A stretch of DNA of 64,000 nucleotides, from positions 82,708,001-82,772,000 of the forward strand of contig NC_135889.1 in assembly GCF_964194155.1 (NCBI RefSeq), in the 5' to 3' direction. Positions within the stretch are counted from its first letter, which is position 1; the number at the start of each line of letters is the position of its first letter. Under the pieces are notes generated by a model. The model saw nothing but the letters and a program-made list of their open reading frames with translations. It was not told the DNA's origin and did not search any database. This DNA is from Cetorhinus maximus (Eukaryota). Both the position numbers and the translations under genes were made by a program. Shown piece after piece: positions 25,790 through 37,501 of this stretch.

Positions 25790-27560
25790 CTCTCCTCCGT
25801 CTGGCTGAACTTGTTCTCTCACTGAACAATTTCTCCTTTAACTCCTCTCACTTCCTCCAAATAAAAGGTGTGGCTATGGGTACCCGCATGGGCCCCAGCT
25901 ATGCCTGTCTCTTTATGGGGTATGTGGAACATTCCTTGTTCCAGTCCTACTCCGGCCCCCTCCCACAACTCTATCTCTGGTACATCGATGATTACTTCGG
26001 TGCTGCTTCATGCTCTCATCGGGACCTGGAAAAATTTATTAATTTTGCTTCCAATCTCCACCCCTCCATCATTTTCACATGGTCCATCTCTGACACTTCC
26101 CTTCCCTTCCTTGACCTCTCTGTCTCAATTTCTGGTGATAGACTGTCCACCAATATCCATTACAAGCCTACCGACTCCCACAGCTACCTTGACTACAGCT
26201 CCTCACACCCCGCTTCCTGTAAGGACTCCATCCCATTCTCTCAGTTCCTTCGCCTCCGTCACATCTGTTCTGATGATGCTACTTTCAAAAACAGTTCCTC
26301 TGACATGTCCTCCTTCTTCCTTAACCGAGGTTTTCCACCCACGGTAGTTGACAGGGCCCTCAACCGTGTCCGGCCCATCTCCCGCGCATTCGCCCTCACG
26401 CCTTCTCCTCCCTCCCAGAAACATGATAGGGTCCCCCTTGTCCTCACTTATCACGCCACCAGCCTCCGCATTTAAAGGATCATCCTCCGCCATTTCCGCC
26501 AACTCCAGCATGATGCCACCACCAAACGCAACTTCCCTTCACCCCACCGGTGGCATTCCGTAGGGATAGTTCCCTCCGTGACACCCTGGTCCACTCCTCC
26601 ATTACCCCCTACTCCTCAACCCCCTTCCACGGCACTTCCCCATGCATACGCAGAAGATGCAACTCCTACCCCTTCACTTCCTCTCTCCTCACCATCCAGG
26701 GGCCCAAACACTCCTTTCAAGTAAAACAGCATTTCACTTGCACTTGCCTCAACTTAGTCTACTGCATTCGTTGCTCCCAATGCGGTTTCCTCTACATTGG
26801 AGAGACCAAACGCAGACTGGGTGACCGCTTTGCAGAACACCTTCGGTCTGTCCGCAAGCATGACCCAGACCTCCCTGTCGCTTGCCATTTCAACACCCCA
26901 CCCTGCTCTCTTGCCCACATGTCTGTCCTTGGCTGGCTGCATTGTTCCAGTGAAGCTCAACGCAAACTGGAGGAACAGCACCTCATCTTCTGACTAGGCG
27001 CTTTACAGCCTTCCGGACTGAATATTGAGTTCAACAATTTTAAATCTTGAACTCTCTCCTCCATCCCCACCCCCTTCCCGTTTCTTCCCCCTCCTTTTTG
27101 TTTTTTCCAATAATTTATATAGATTTTTCTTTTCCCACCTATTTCCATTATTTTTAAATGTATTTCCACCCATTGTTTATTTCTACCTTTCAGTATTCCC
27201 CCACCCCCACTAGAGCTATCTGTACCTTACCTGTCCTGTCTTCTACTCTTAATTGGCACATTCCTTTAGATAATATCACCACCTTCAACACCACTTTGTT
27301 CTTTTGTCTGTGACAGCTTTTGGTTATCTCCACCTATCACTGGCTGCTTGTCCCAAAAAACCTCCCCCCTCGACCCTTAAACCAGCTTATATTTCACCCC
27401 TTTCCTATTTTTACTTAGTTCTGTTGGAGGGTCATGAGGACTCGAAACGTCAACTGTGCTCTTCTCCGCCGATGCTGCCAGACCTACTGAGTTTTTCCAG
27501 GTAATTCTGTTTCTGTTTTTGTTTTGGATTTCCAGCATCCGCAGTTTTTTTGTTTTTGTC
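25790..27560 (+). mobile_element. Penelope-like retroelement (RT C-terminal half, GIY-YIG endonuclease, pLTR)
   Basis: QIKGVAMGTRMGPSYACLFMG, WYIDD, LPFLD, YKPTDSHSYL; VYCIRCSQCGFLYIGETKRRLGDRFAEH; few disabling mutations. Confidence 0.93.
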
Positions 27561-27659
27561 TTAGTGTTGACAATTCTAGTTGGACGCTTTCTTGGAAGTC
27601 TCATCACCAATGTCCCCTCTATTTTTTTGGTTGTGCATGGCCCATTTATTTATCTTCGT

Positions 27660-27930
27660 CTGCTTACTGCATTGTTTTCTCTACAATGGGGTGACCAAAC
27701 ACAAATTTGGTGACTGTTTTGTTAAACACTTTACTTCTTTTTTCAGGTGTGACCTTGAGCTTTGTGTCCGGGCTTGCCACTTCTACTTCTCTCTCCATTT
27801 CCAATCTGAGCTCCCAGTTTCACACCGTTCCAAATAAGTTCAACACAAGTGTCATGGAAAATACCTCATCTTTTCCTGAGCACCCTGAAACCCTCTGGCA
27901 TAAGCATGGATTTTAGCAGCTTCAAATCTT
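27660..27930 (+). mobile_element. Old Penelope GIY-YIG fragment
   Basis: Degenerate match to 26760-27050. Confidence 0.55.
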
Positions 27931-28139
27931 AGCTATTTTTCACATATGGGCTAGGGTCCAGTACAGCCCCGGTGGGAGGCAGACTGACATTGTGAGTTCT
28001 GACTGAACACAATTCTAGCAAGGGTTTGCCCCTGTGCTGTTGGCTTGTCTTTTTCATTTTGGCTATTGGTACGCTCAATGGAGGTTTTCATACTTCGGTT
28101 GATTTCATTGCTTTATTTAGCTATTTCCGTTCTTGCATT

Positions 28140-28995
28140 CCGTGGTTACATTAGTGGTCATCTTCCGAGATTCTATAGGCTCTGGAACAGTTCCTACAGA
28201 TTGGAGGGTAGGTAATGTAACCCCACTATTTAAAAAGGGAGGTAGAGAGAAAACAGGGAATTATAAACCAGTCAGCCTGTCGTTGGTAGTGGGGAAAATC
28301 CTGGAGTCCATTATAAAAGATTTAATAGCTGAGCACGTGGAAATCAGTGGCAGAATCGGACAGAGTCAGCGTGGATTTATGAAAGGGAAATCATGCTTGA
28401 CAAATCTATTGGAATTTTTCGAGGATGTAACTAGTAGAGTTGATGAGGGGGAGCCAGTAGATGTGGTTTATTTGCACTTTCAGAAGGCTTTCGACATAAG
28501 AAATTAGCATGTAAAATTAAAGCGCATGGGATTGGAGGTAGTGTATTGAGATGGATAGGAAACTGGTTGGCAGACAGGAAACGAAGAGTAGGAATAAACG
28601 GGTCTTTTTCCGAATGGCAGGCAGTGACTAGTGGGATAGTGACTAGGCAGGGTAGATGCAGGAAAGTTGTTCCCGATGGTGGGGGAGTCCAGAACCAGGG
28701 GTCACAGTTTGAGGATACGGGTAGATCATTTAGGACTGAGATGAGGAGAAATTTCTTCACCCAGAGAGTGGTGAGCCTGTGGAATTCACTACCACAGAAA
28801 GTGGTTGAGGCCAAAACATTGTATGTTTTTAAGAAGGGGTTAGATATAGCTCTTGGGGGCAAAAGGGACCAAAGGATATGGGGAGAGAACAGGAGCAGGC
28901 TATTGAGTTGGATGATCAGCCATGATCATAATGAATGGTGGAGCAGGCTCGAAGGGCCAAATGGCCTACTCCTGTTCCTATTTTCTATGTTTCCA
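28140..28995 (+). mobile_element. CR1 LINE RT and 3' end with internal deletion
   Basis: DWRVGNVTPLFKKGGREKTGNYKPVSL, GKSCLTNLLEFFEDV, RRNFFTQRVVSLWNSLP. Confidence 0.9.
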
Positions 28996-29319
28996 TTATT
29001 TTAAAGGTTTGTAATAGACCAGCTGAATTTTTCAGTTCAGCAGTTTTAACACCAACGTTCTTTTTTTAAAAAAAGAGGATTTTTTGGGCATTGTATCATT
29101 TATCCCTTCTCTCTCACCCCCACCCCCAACCCCCTCAACACAATAATCCTTAATCCTGTTGTCTGCTCCTTCCATGGCCTTTTATTGTCAGCTTAATTTT
29201 CACTAAACTCCCAATTTTGTTGTGATGCAAGTCCACTCTAGAAATGTTAACCTGTCCTTTCTCTTTCAGAGGCTGGTGGACCTCCTGTACGTTTGCAGCA
29301 TTTTCTATTTTTACATCAG

Positions 29320-29985
29320 GGGCAGACATTTTCCCTCATCAGGCGGGCGCGCGCCCCACCTGAATGGGAGTAAAACAGTGCGCAATTACATCGGGCGAGC
29401 GCCCTGACGTCATTGCGCACTCTCGTGACATTCCGCTCGGCGGGCGTGCCCGAGAGGCAGCTGCGCACCCACGACAATTAGATGCCAATTAAGACCCTTA
29501 ATCAATTAGTTAAACCAAATTTTTCGCTGCCCATCCAAACACTCGATTGGCGGGTGGGCGAATAGGACAAGCGGCCTTTGTATTTTTTGCCAAACCTCAA
29601 TCCACGGGTGGGATGAGGCTTCGACCAATGATTAAAAAATAAAATAAAATTTTAAAACTCATTTTTAACATTTCCCTGCTCATGTGACGGAGTCACGTGA
29701 GGGGACATGTTTTCATTATTTTTACATTTTTCATCTGTAATGTTAAAATCTTCAGCTCCCTGAGGCAGCCCTGTGCCTTCAGGGACCTTTCACCGAGCCC
29801 ACCCCCGCGCACTTGCAAACTTCAGTGATCGCGCTCCTCCCTCCCCGACTCTGGCAGCGCTGAGGCTCTGAGCGGGCCTTTCATGCTGAAATCGCATTTG
29901 GGGCACGATTGTGGGCGGCGGGCGGTTTCACGGCCCTTCCCAGGCACGCCCGCCGCGCCCTCCCGACGAGGTAAAAATCCTGTCC
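29320..29985. mobile_element. Non-autonomous Harbinger-type MITE (about 670 bp), TSD CAG
   Basis: CAG|GGGCAGACATTTT ... AAAATCCTGTCC|CAG; inserted into a Penelope pLTR remnant; homologous to copies at 35512, 55479 and 56522. Confidence 0.8.
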
Positions 29986-30068
29986 CAGGTTTCCAGCATT
30001 TACAGCTGCCTTTTATTTGTGCTTTATTACAATCTGCCTCTCTAACATTTCTCTTGGGCCATCCACAG

Positions 30069-30289
30069 CAGAAACCAGACAGGAGAAATTAGTGAAAAAG
30101 TTGTCAAGTACAGACCTTTCCCAGGTGGTGTGGTGTATGGAGCACGCCCTGACAGCAAAGTATCCTCGGACCCGGTACAGTGCAGGCATTGACGCAAAGC
30201 TGCTATGGATTCCCATGACCTACTTGCCAACATTTGCAACAGACTTCCTCTTGGCTCAGGATATATTAATAGATTCAAATGCTGTATAA
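30069..30289 (+). CDS. SDR9C-family dehydrogenase, terminal coding exon 4
   Basis: Acceptor ccatccacAG|; (S)[61 protein letters not shown]; TAA at 30287-30289; the four exons sum to 957 nt (318 aa plus stop). Confidence 0.93.
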
Positions 30290-33011
30290 AAGACTCTCAC
30301 TCCATCTTCTGCGTGAACATCACTTCAATGGAAGCACTAAGACTGGCAAGTAAATGTAAAAAAAAAAGAAACTTCACACATTTTGCAACATCTTGTTGCA
30401 ACAAAGGAAGTGTTGGTTATACCAGTGCTGTTATATGTTTGGACTCCATGTAGGAATGAGGAAGGAGTTTGTTGCAGGAAAAAATGAAGTACGTCTCCAT
30501 GTAAGTAAAACTACTGGATGGCTTAACATTTGCATTTTGTAATGAAGAGGTGGGTAAGAATACTTTGCCCAAATTTCCAAGCAATTTCCTAAATGCAGAA
30601 AGATTGGTTCTTTAATAGAAGTTGAGAGCCAATATCAGAAGAATATAATAGTTTTAAAATGGAAATATAAACTGAAGCAATATGTGAATTTTCAACTTCC
30701 AATCATGGCAGGAATCAAAGGCAACAACTTTTTCTTTCTCTTTTCCATATTAAATAGAAATTTTCCCAACTTCCCAATTTTCTCCAGATGGTGACTCCTA
30801 CAGATCCACTTGAACTGTGCAAATGTGCTGCTACTACACAACAATTTAATGTCAATATGTTGCATCTTGGATAGTATTGGTGAGGCAAGTGTATGGTTTT
30901 GATGGTTGTGTAAACATCACATGCTAGAATTAAACTTGTACCAAATTTAATGTTTGTGCATAGCAAGTTGAAGTTGTTAAAGCCAAAGCCGTCCTTCTTA
31001 TCTTCTGCATCTGGTTTTATCTGATGCACATCCTTTCAGCAACCTCATTATTCTGTTCAACTCTTATGTTGTGTTTTTTACTCGCATCCAGTCCACCAAT
31101 AATACTGCACTCGTCCACCCCCAGGGGAATTGCCCACTGATTCCCATATCTCTTACCTCAACATTGCTGAAATGTTCATTCACACCCTCATCTAGTGAGA
31201 ATCACTTCTTCAGTAGTTTCCTCACTGCTTTGTCTAGCTGCATTAGCTTTGCTTAATCTAGAGCTCTTCAATAATGTTCTCTTTCTGCCTTAGCCCCTCA
31301 TATCCATCATTCCTGTACCTGCAAAACTCTAATGAGTAGAATTCAACTCAGACCTGGGCTTAAAACCCGTGTTGCAGATCGAACAGCCATTATAGAAACC
31401 ATCTGATTTTCATTTCTCTAAACCCACAATGATGGTAAGTTGAAAATCTACCTTTGCTGACTCCCTGTGTCCCAGAGATTTTTTTCCCATTAAATTCCTC
31501 AAAGGCATCACTTCATGTGAGCAATCTGCTCTAGCCATATATTTTTTCAAATCTTCTGTCCTATGACATCAGATTAATATTCCCTGCTTTAGCATTGGAG
31601 GCCAATCTCTCAGACTCAATTCTACCCTCTGGTATTTTCTTAAAAAACTATTTGCCTTCCTAACTCTCTCCCTGTTTTCAAGAATTTTCTTAACTGTTTG
31701 ACTACATCTGCAGTCTCCCTCTTGCCTAAATCTCCTTCCTTTTATGCTCAGTGTCTACAATGCTGCTTCATAAAACAACCTTAGACTTATTTTTATATGT
31801 GCATTGCTTTAAGAGTTGGCATTGCTCTTAAATGGGTCACCAATGTCCTACATTTTGCTTTTCATTCTTAATGCAGTGTAAGATTTATATTTGATTCAAC
31901 ACATCATTATAGCCTTTTACTTAAAAGGCTTATTATCTAAATTTTGAGCTGATTAATGAAAACTTCAAGAATCATTTAGACTTTTAAGTCACAAATGCAA
32001 ACATTTTGGGATCTTGGTTAGAATGTGTGCTTAACTTTCCAAAATTAAGTTAACAATCAATTCTAGCTCTTACTGTTCTGAAATTGGCAGTGTTTAATTT
32101 TGTATTCCCATTCACGGATGCAATCGTTTTTGAGATTATGTTTGGAATCTTCTGATATGTTAAATAAAAAATATAACCATATTATACTCAGTAATTATTT
32201 CTAAGTTAGAAACATACTATGTAGTACCACCTAATGCTTGTTTTTTTGGTAAGGGATGGTGCCATCCATGTGATAGTATTTGCATGGAAAACCAAATGTT
32301 GCATCCACTGTTGACTCAAAACCAACGATTGTACACACCACCAGAGTCATTTATACCATTAGGTTACTGTTATATAAAAAAATTATAGCTGTGGAAACTG
32401 AGCACTGCAGAGAATTAATACTCTTTCTTCATGAAATCATACATGCCTGTTAAAATCTAGCTCGAACTGTAACACTGTAAATACCCTCTCCGCCAATTGA
32501 AAAGATTCTGAGTGAAATAAATGTGGACAGTCTGAATTGATTGGGGTTCACACAATTCATTGCAGGTCCAGCAACACGGCTGTAAAGCTCACATTGTTTA
32601 GCATAAGTTGAACTAAAATGGTAACCTTGTTCAGCGAGTGGGGAATGCAAACATTCATGCTGATTGAGTGAAGGGCTGCTTTCTGAGGTCATGGTTAAGG
32701 CACACTATTGGTGCAGAGTACAAAGGCTTTTACAGAATATCTGATTTGACCTACACCTAATCTAAGTCTTATCCAGGCCTTGCTTACGCAAAAGCAGATG
32801 TAAGTAAACCACCACCTTTCCACATACCATAATTAGAGAGACTGGATTCCACAACATCAATGAAAAAAGCTAAAAAATTTATTGTGCCTTGCTGCCTCAC
32901 CCTCCCCAGTGACAATTTCCAACAAAGCGCTCCCAGCCGTTCTACCAGAGTGTATAAGTAAACTAAATGATTAATTGCCCTGATGTGAGTACATCATATA
33001 TACCAGTTATG

Positions 33012-33410
33012 GGGGGATGGTGGCATGGTGGTAATGTCACTGGACTAGTAATCCAGAGGCCCAGGCTAATGCTTTGGGGGCACAGGATTCAAATCCCACC
33101 ATGGCAGCTGGTGGAATTTAAATTCAATCAATAAATCTGGAATTCAGAACTTGTCTCAGTGACGGTGATTCAAAACTATCATTGATTGTTGAAAAAAACC
33201 CTTTAATGCCCTTTAAGGAAGGAAATCTGCCATCCTTACCTGGTTTAGCCTACATATGATTCCAGACCCACAGCAATATGGTTGAATCTTAACTGCTCTC
33301 TGAAATGGTCCAGCAAGTCATTCAGTTCAAGGGCAATTAGGTGTGGGCATCAAAAGTTGGTCTTGCCAGTGACACCCACATCCCATGAAAGAATAAAAGA
33401 AAAAAAAAGC
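33012..33410 (+). mobile_element. tRNA-derived SINE (same family as 17190-17585)
   Basis: Colinear similarity; A-rich tail. Confidence 0.8.
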
Positions 33411-33783
33411 CAGACTTACCTTCTCATTAAGAGCAGAGATTGGGACGTCCAAGTCCCGACAGGCTTTGGAGTTTCCGCACCTGTGCAGACTGGTCGCGGG
33501 CTGCACATGTGCAGTTGTTCATTTTTAAGTTCTTTGGGCTGAGGATTGGCCCAGCGCCTGTGCAAAAATAAAGCGGCATGAAAACCTGGTCATGTGACCA
33601 GGAGCAGCGCATCATTGGTGACAAGGGTCCCAGGCAGGGAGCAGGGAGAGGTCCCAAAAGGAAGTCCCAGGTAGGGGACAGAGACAGGGGGCAGTGACTG
33701 GTCCCAGTTAAGTTAAGGAAAAAGAGTGGAGCGGAGAAACAGGCTCTAAACAGGAAGAGGGCTGCGGTTAGCAGACTTTAAGT

Positions 33784-33873
33784 GAAGAGGGCTCAGGAGT
33801 GGCCCCAGCATTTGGAGAGGGCTCAGGAGAATCCCTGGCAATTGAAGAGGGCTCAGAAGAAGCCCTGAAGATC
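33784..33873. repeat. 30-bp tandem repeat, 3 copies, in an LTR-like segment (about 33440-34516)
   Basis: gaagagggctcagga... units; segment ends gatcataaca. Confidence 0.6.
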
Positions 33874-34619
33874 CAAGATGGCAGCAGAAGCTTGGTGACT
33901 CCATGATGCGGGCCTTTGAGGACAAGGTAACCCTTTGGAATAGTAGCATACTGCTTGGTGAGGCCAAAGAACTGAAGTTGTGCTTGTGAGTTGGTGCTTG
34001 AATGCAGATTCAGGAATCCAATGGAATGGAATCTCAGAAGACTAGGCTGAAACACTGTAAGGTGGGCCGTCATTTATACCATCCGAGTTGGAGCAGCTTT
34101 TGGTGGGAATTCCGAGGCGAGATCTTTGAAGGTCGAGACTGGCATCCCTCATGAGAGTTTCAGTTGGATTGACTGACATATGGGTGGGTTGCTGAGAAAT
34201 CCATGGACTCTGTCTTGGTCGCATCTGCCATTTAGTGTGCAGTGTGTTGTGTTCAACCGCAGTTTGCCTGTTAATTCACATGTACCTCATATTAATCCTG
34301 AATGTTAGAGTATAAGATAGATATTGTAAATTGTTTAATCTTTCTGACCTTATTTAGTAAAGTTAATTTTTGTTTGTTCAAAACCTGTGGAACTTTATTG
34401 CTTTATTCTCTTAGTAAGTGTCTTGAATCTCAAACTTTGCCTACTTTAAACAAAATGTTATTGGTCCTTAACCAAATCTTACCAAAAACCTGGGTGTCTG
34501 GTCAAGGATCATAACACAATTTGCTGGTTTCTAAATAAGTTGCCTCATTCTAACTGTATTTTTAAAGTTTCCTTATTGTTCTCTTTATTTTGTGTATTCC
34601 TATAAAGAAGCCTCCTGTT

Positions 34620-35390
34620 TCCAGTCACAGCACAAAAGGAGGCTATTTGGCCCGTTGTGTCTGTGCTGGTTTTCTGCAAGAGCAATTCAGCTAGTGCCAC
34701 TTGCTGCCTTTTCCCCATAGCCCTGTAAATGTTCCTCTTCAGATAATGGTCCAATTTTCTTTTGAAAGCCATGATTGAATTTTCCTCCATCACACTCAGG
34801 AAGGGCATTCCAGATCCTAACAATTCGTTGCATAATAAAATTTTTCCTCATGTCACCAATGCTTCTATTACTAATCACATTAAATCAGTGTCCTCTGGTT
34901 CTTGATCTTTCCACCAATGGGAACAGTTTCTCCCTATTTTCTCTGTCCTCATGATTCTGAATACCTCTATTAAATCTACTCTCAACCTTCTCCAAGGAGA
35001 ACAACCACAGCCTCTCCAATCTATTTATGTAATTGAAGTTCCTCATCCCTGGAACAATTTGTGTGAATCTTTACCGCACCTTTTCTAATGCTTTCACATC
35101 CTTCCTAAAGTGTGATGCCCAGAACTGAATACTGCAGTTGAGGCCGAATCTATGTTTTATACATGTTTATTATAAGTTTCTTGTTTTTATACTCTATATA
35201 TGCCCAGGTCCTTCTGCTCCTGCAGCCCCTTTAGAATTGTACCCTTTATTTTTTCATTGCCTCTCCTCATTCTTTCTACCACTTCACTTCATATTTCTCT
35301 GCATTAAATTTCATCCACCATTTATCCTTTTGAAGCTTAACACTATCCTCCTCACAGTTCACAACATTTCCAAGTTGCAAGCCATCCACA
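34620..35390 (-). mobile_element. CR1 LINE 3' fragment
   Basis: RKNFIMQRIVRIWNALP; MKFNAEKYEV. Confidence 0.8.
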
Positions 35391-35511
35391 GTATATAATT
35401 CTAATGAAGGCTCTCCATCAGGAACCATTGGCCTGGGTTTTGTGGTAGTAATTATGTTGAAACTGTCTGTGTTTGCCATCATAGCTCCTCTGAAGCTAAT
35501 AGCAACTCCTA

Positions 35512-36201
35512 GGCCAGAAATTTCCCCCCGTTGGGGGGGTTGTGCGGGGGGGGGGGGCGCAAACCCAATCAACGCCCTCGATCGGGGCCACGCCGCCATT
35601 TTACATGGGCGGGCCAATTAAGGCTGCCCATCGTGATGCGCGCCCGGAAGCGCTGTGCACACCCTGTGCGGGCGCAGGGGGAATTCCCTGAGTGGTTCCC
35701 TGCACATACTTCTGCGCATGCACGCGAAAGAGCGCAGAGATCTCTCTGGGGCACTTCCGTGCCTCAGGGAGATTTGTTTCAGTCTTAAACTTTAAAATAA
35801 AGGATTTTTAAACTTTTAAAATATGTCCCCTCATGTGACACTATCACATAAGCTGGGACATGCCAAAGAATAAATGTAGAAATTTTTATTAGATTTTAAA
35901 ACAGTTCATGAAACCTTATCCCACCTGTGGATGAGGTTTCATGAAAAATGCAAAGGCCGCCTGGGCTCTTCGCCTGCCCGCCGACCTTAAGGTTGGACAG
36001 GCAGCTCATTAAATTAAGCTAATTAGTTTTTAACAGGCCTTAATAGGCCTTTGGCAGTTCGGCAGGCGCACAGCCGACTCGGCAGCGTTCCCGCCAAGCT
36101 GACAATCTAAGTGACATGTGGTGATGTCGGGATGCACGCCCGAGGTCACCGCACGTCATTTTACACGTCAGCGAGCGGGCTCACCGATGGGAAAATGCCC
36201 C
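35512..36201. mobile_element. Harbinger-type MITE (same family as 29320)
   Basis: GGCCAGAAATTTCCC ... GGGAAAATGCCCC, flanked by CTAG on both sides; shared internal blocks. Confidence 0.78.
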
Positions 36202-37372
36202 TAGAATCTGCACATGCACAGTTAAACATAGAAATCCATAAATTTTGTATAGTGATTCTATGCTTCTTCAGAAGGCCTGATGTTGAGATCCCCCTGCCTC
36301 TACTGCAATCAATTAGAGACCATTAAACTGATGTGAACTTCTACTTCACTATTTGCCGGCTATAAAAATCCTTGAAAAAATTACACCTTATTGAATGAGG
36401 TGTAACTGGATTATTAATGGTGTGCTAAATTCATAATTACTGCTAAGTAGCCTAACTGACGCTGAAAGATTTTAAAAATATTTGTTGAAAGTCACATCCT
36501 TCCATTATGATAAGAAATTACGTGTATTTTAAGTTTTTAAAGCTGGTGTCCGATATTTTACCTTCTTTCTTTATGCCATGTGTATGCCCCGACCTTTAAT
36601 TCTGCTACCTGTAAACTTTAAATTAAAATTGAAGGGATTCAGTGGTTTTTACTTCCTGGTGTGCTGATGTGGGAATACCTCAATGTGATTGGGCTGCTTA
36701 CCCTGTTTGATGTCATCACTGATGCTGGGTGCTTGGAGATCCCCTTGACTTGGTGCTAGATTTAAACTGGTGTTGGGGAAAGCTATGCAGATCACTTTGT
36801 GCGCAGCTTTTGTCAACGTTGGCAGTGAGCAGTTCCATTGCTTACCTTGAAATCCAATTATTTGACACAACTGGTGGCTTTTCAAAGATTTTTAAGGCAA
36901 TCACATGGTTAATTTTTTGACTTACTTTTATTGCACAATGTAAAAGTCCTGAATGATAATTGCATGGCATTTATATAATTTGTTCATTTGTATTGTTCCA
37001 CTGGAGAGGGTGGAACACAGGCACATTGCCTTTGAGGGATGGAGAGAGGAGGGGCGGCATTAGGAATGGAATCCAGTTCCACAGAGTTTCTTCTGTTTGG
37101 TTTCTGACTTAGATTCTGGCAAACGGGAGTGGTGAGATTTTCATTAGCATCCCCCAACCCCCTCTTTCAAGTATAATCTTCCATTTATATTTAATAACAG
37201 TGAGTCAGTCATCCTTTAACATCTTTAGTTTCTTCCATTTAGTTTTTCTTAAAAGAAGCAATTGCCAATTTTTTTATTTTGAATCAATTTTGCATAGAAG
37301 AAGCAATTTCTTATCAGGTTTAGGCTGCCTATGCATTGTTCCTTAAAAAAGACTCTTAAATTTTAAATTTTA

Positions 37373-37501
37373 GGGCGAGATTTTCCACATCCGTCTGCCG
37401 CCGGGATCTTCCGGTCCCGCCGCAAGTCAATGGGCTTCTGGCTGGGGCGCTGCCTCGCCCGCGGCGGGTCCCACCCACGATGGTGCCGGAAAATCCCGGC
37501 C
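37373..37501. mobile_element. 129-bp Tourist/Harbinger-type MITE, TSD TTA
   Basis: TTA|GGGCGAGATTTTCC ... GGAAAATCCCGGCC|TTA. Confidence 0.85.
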
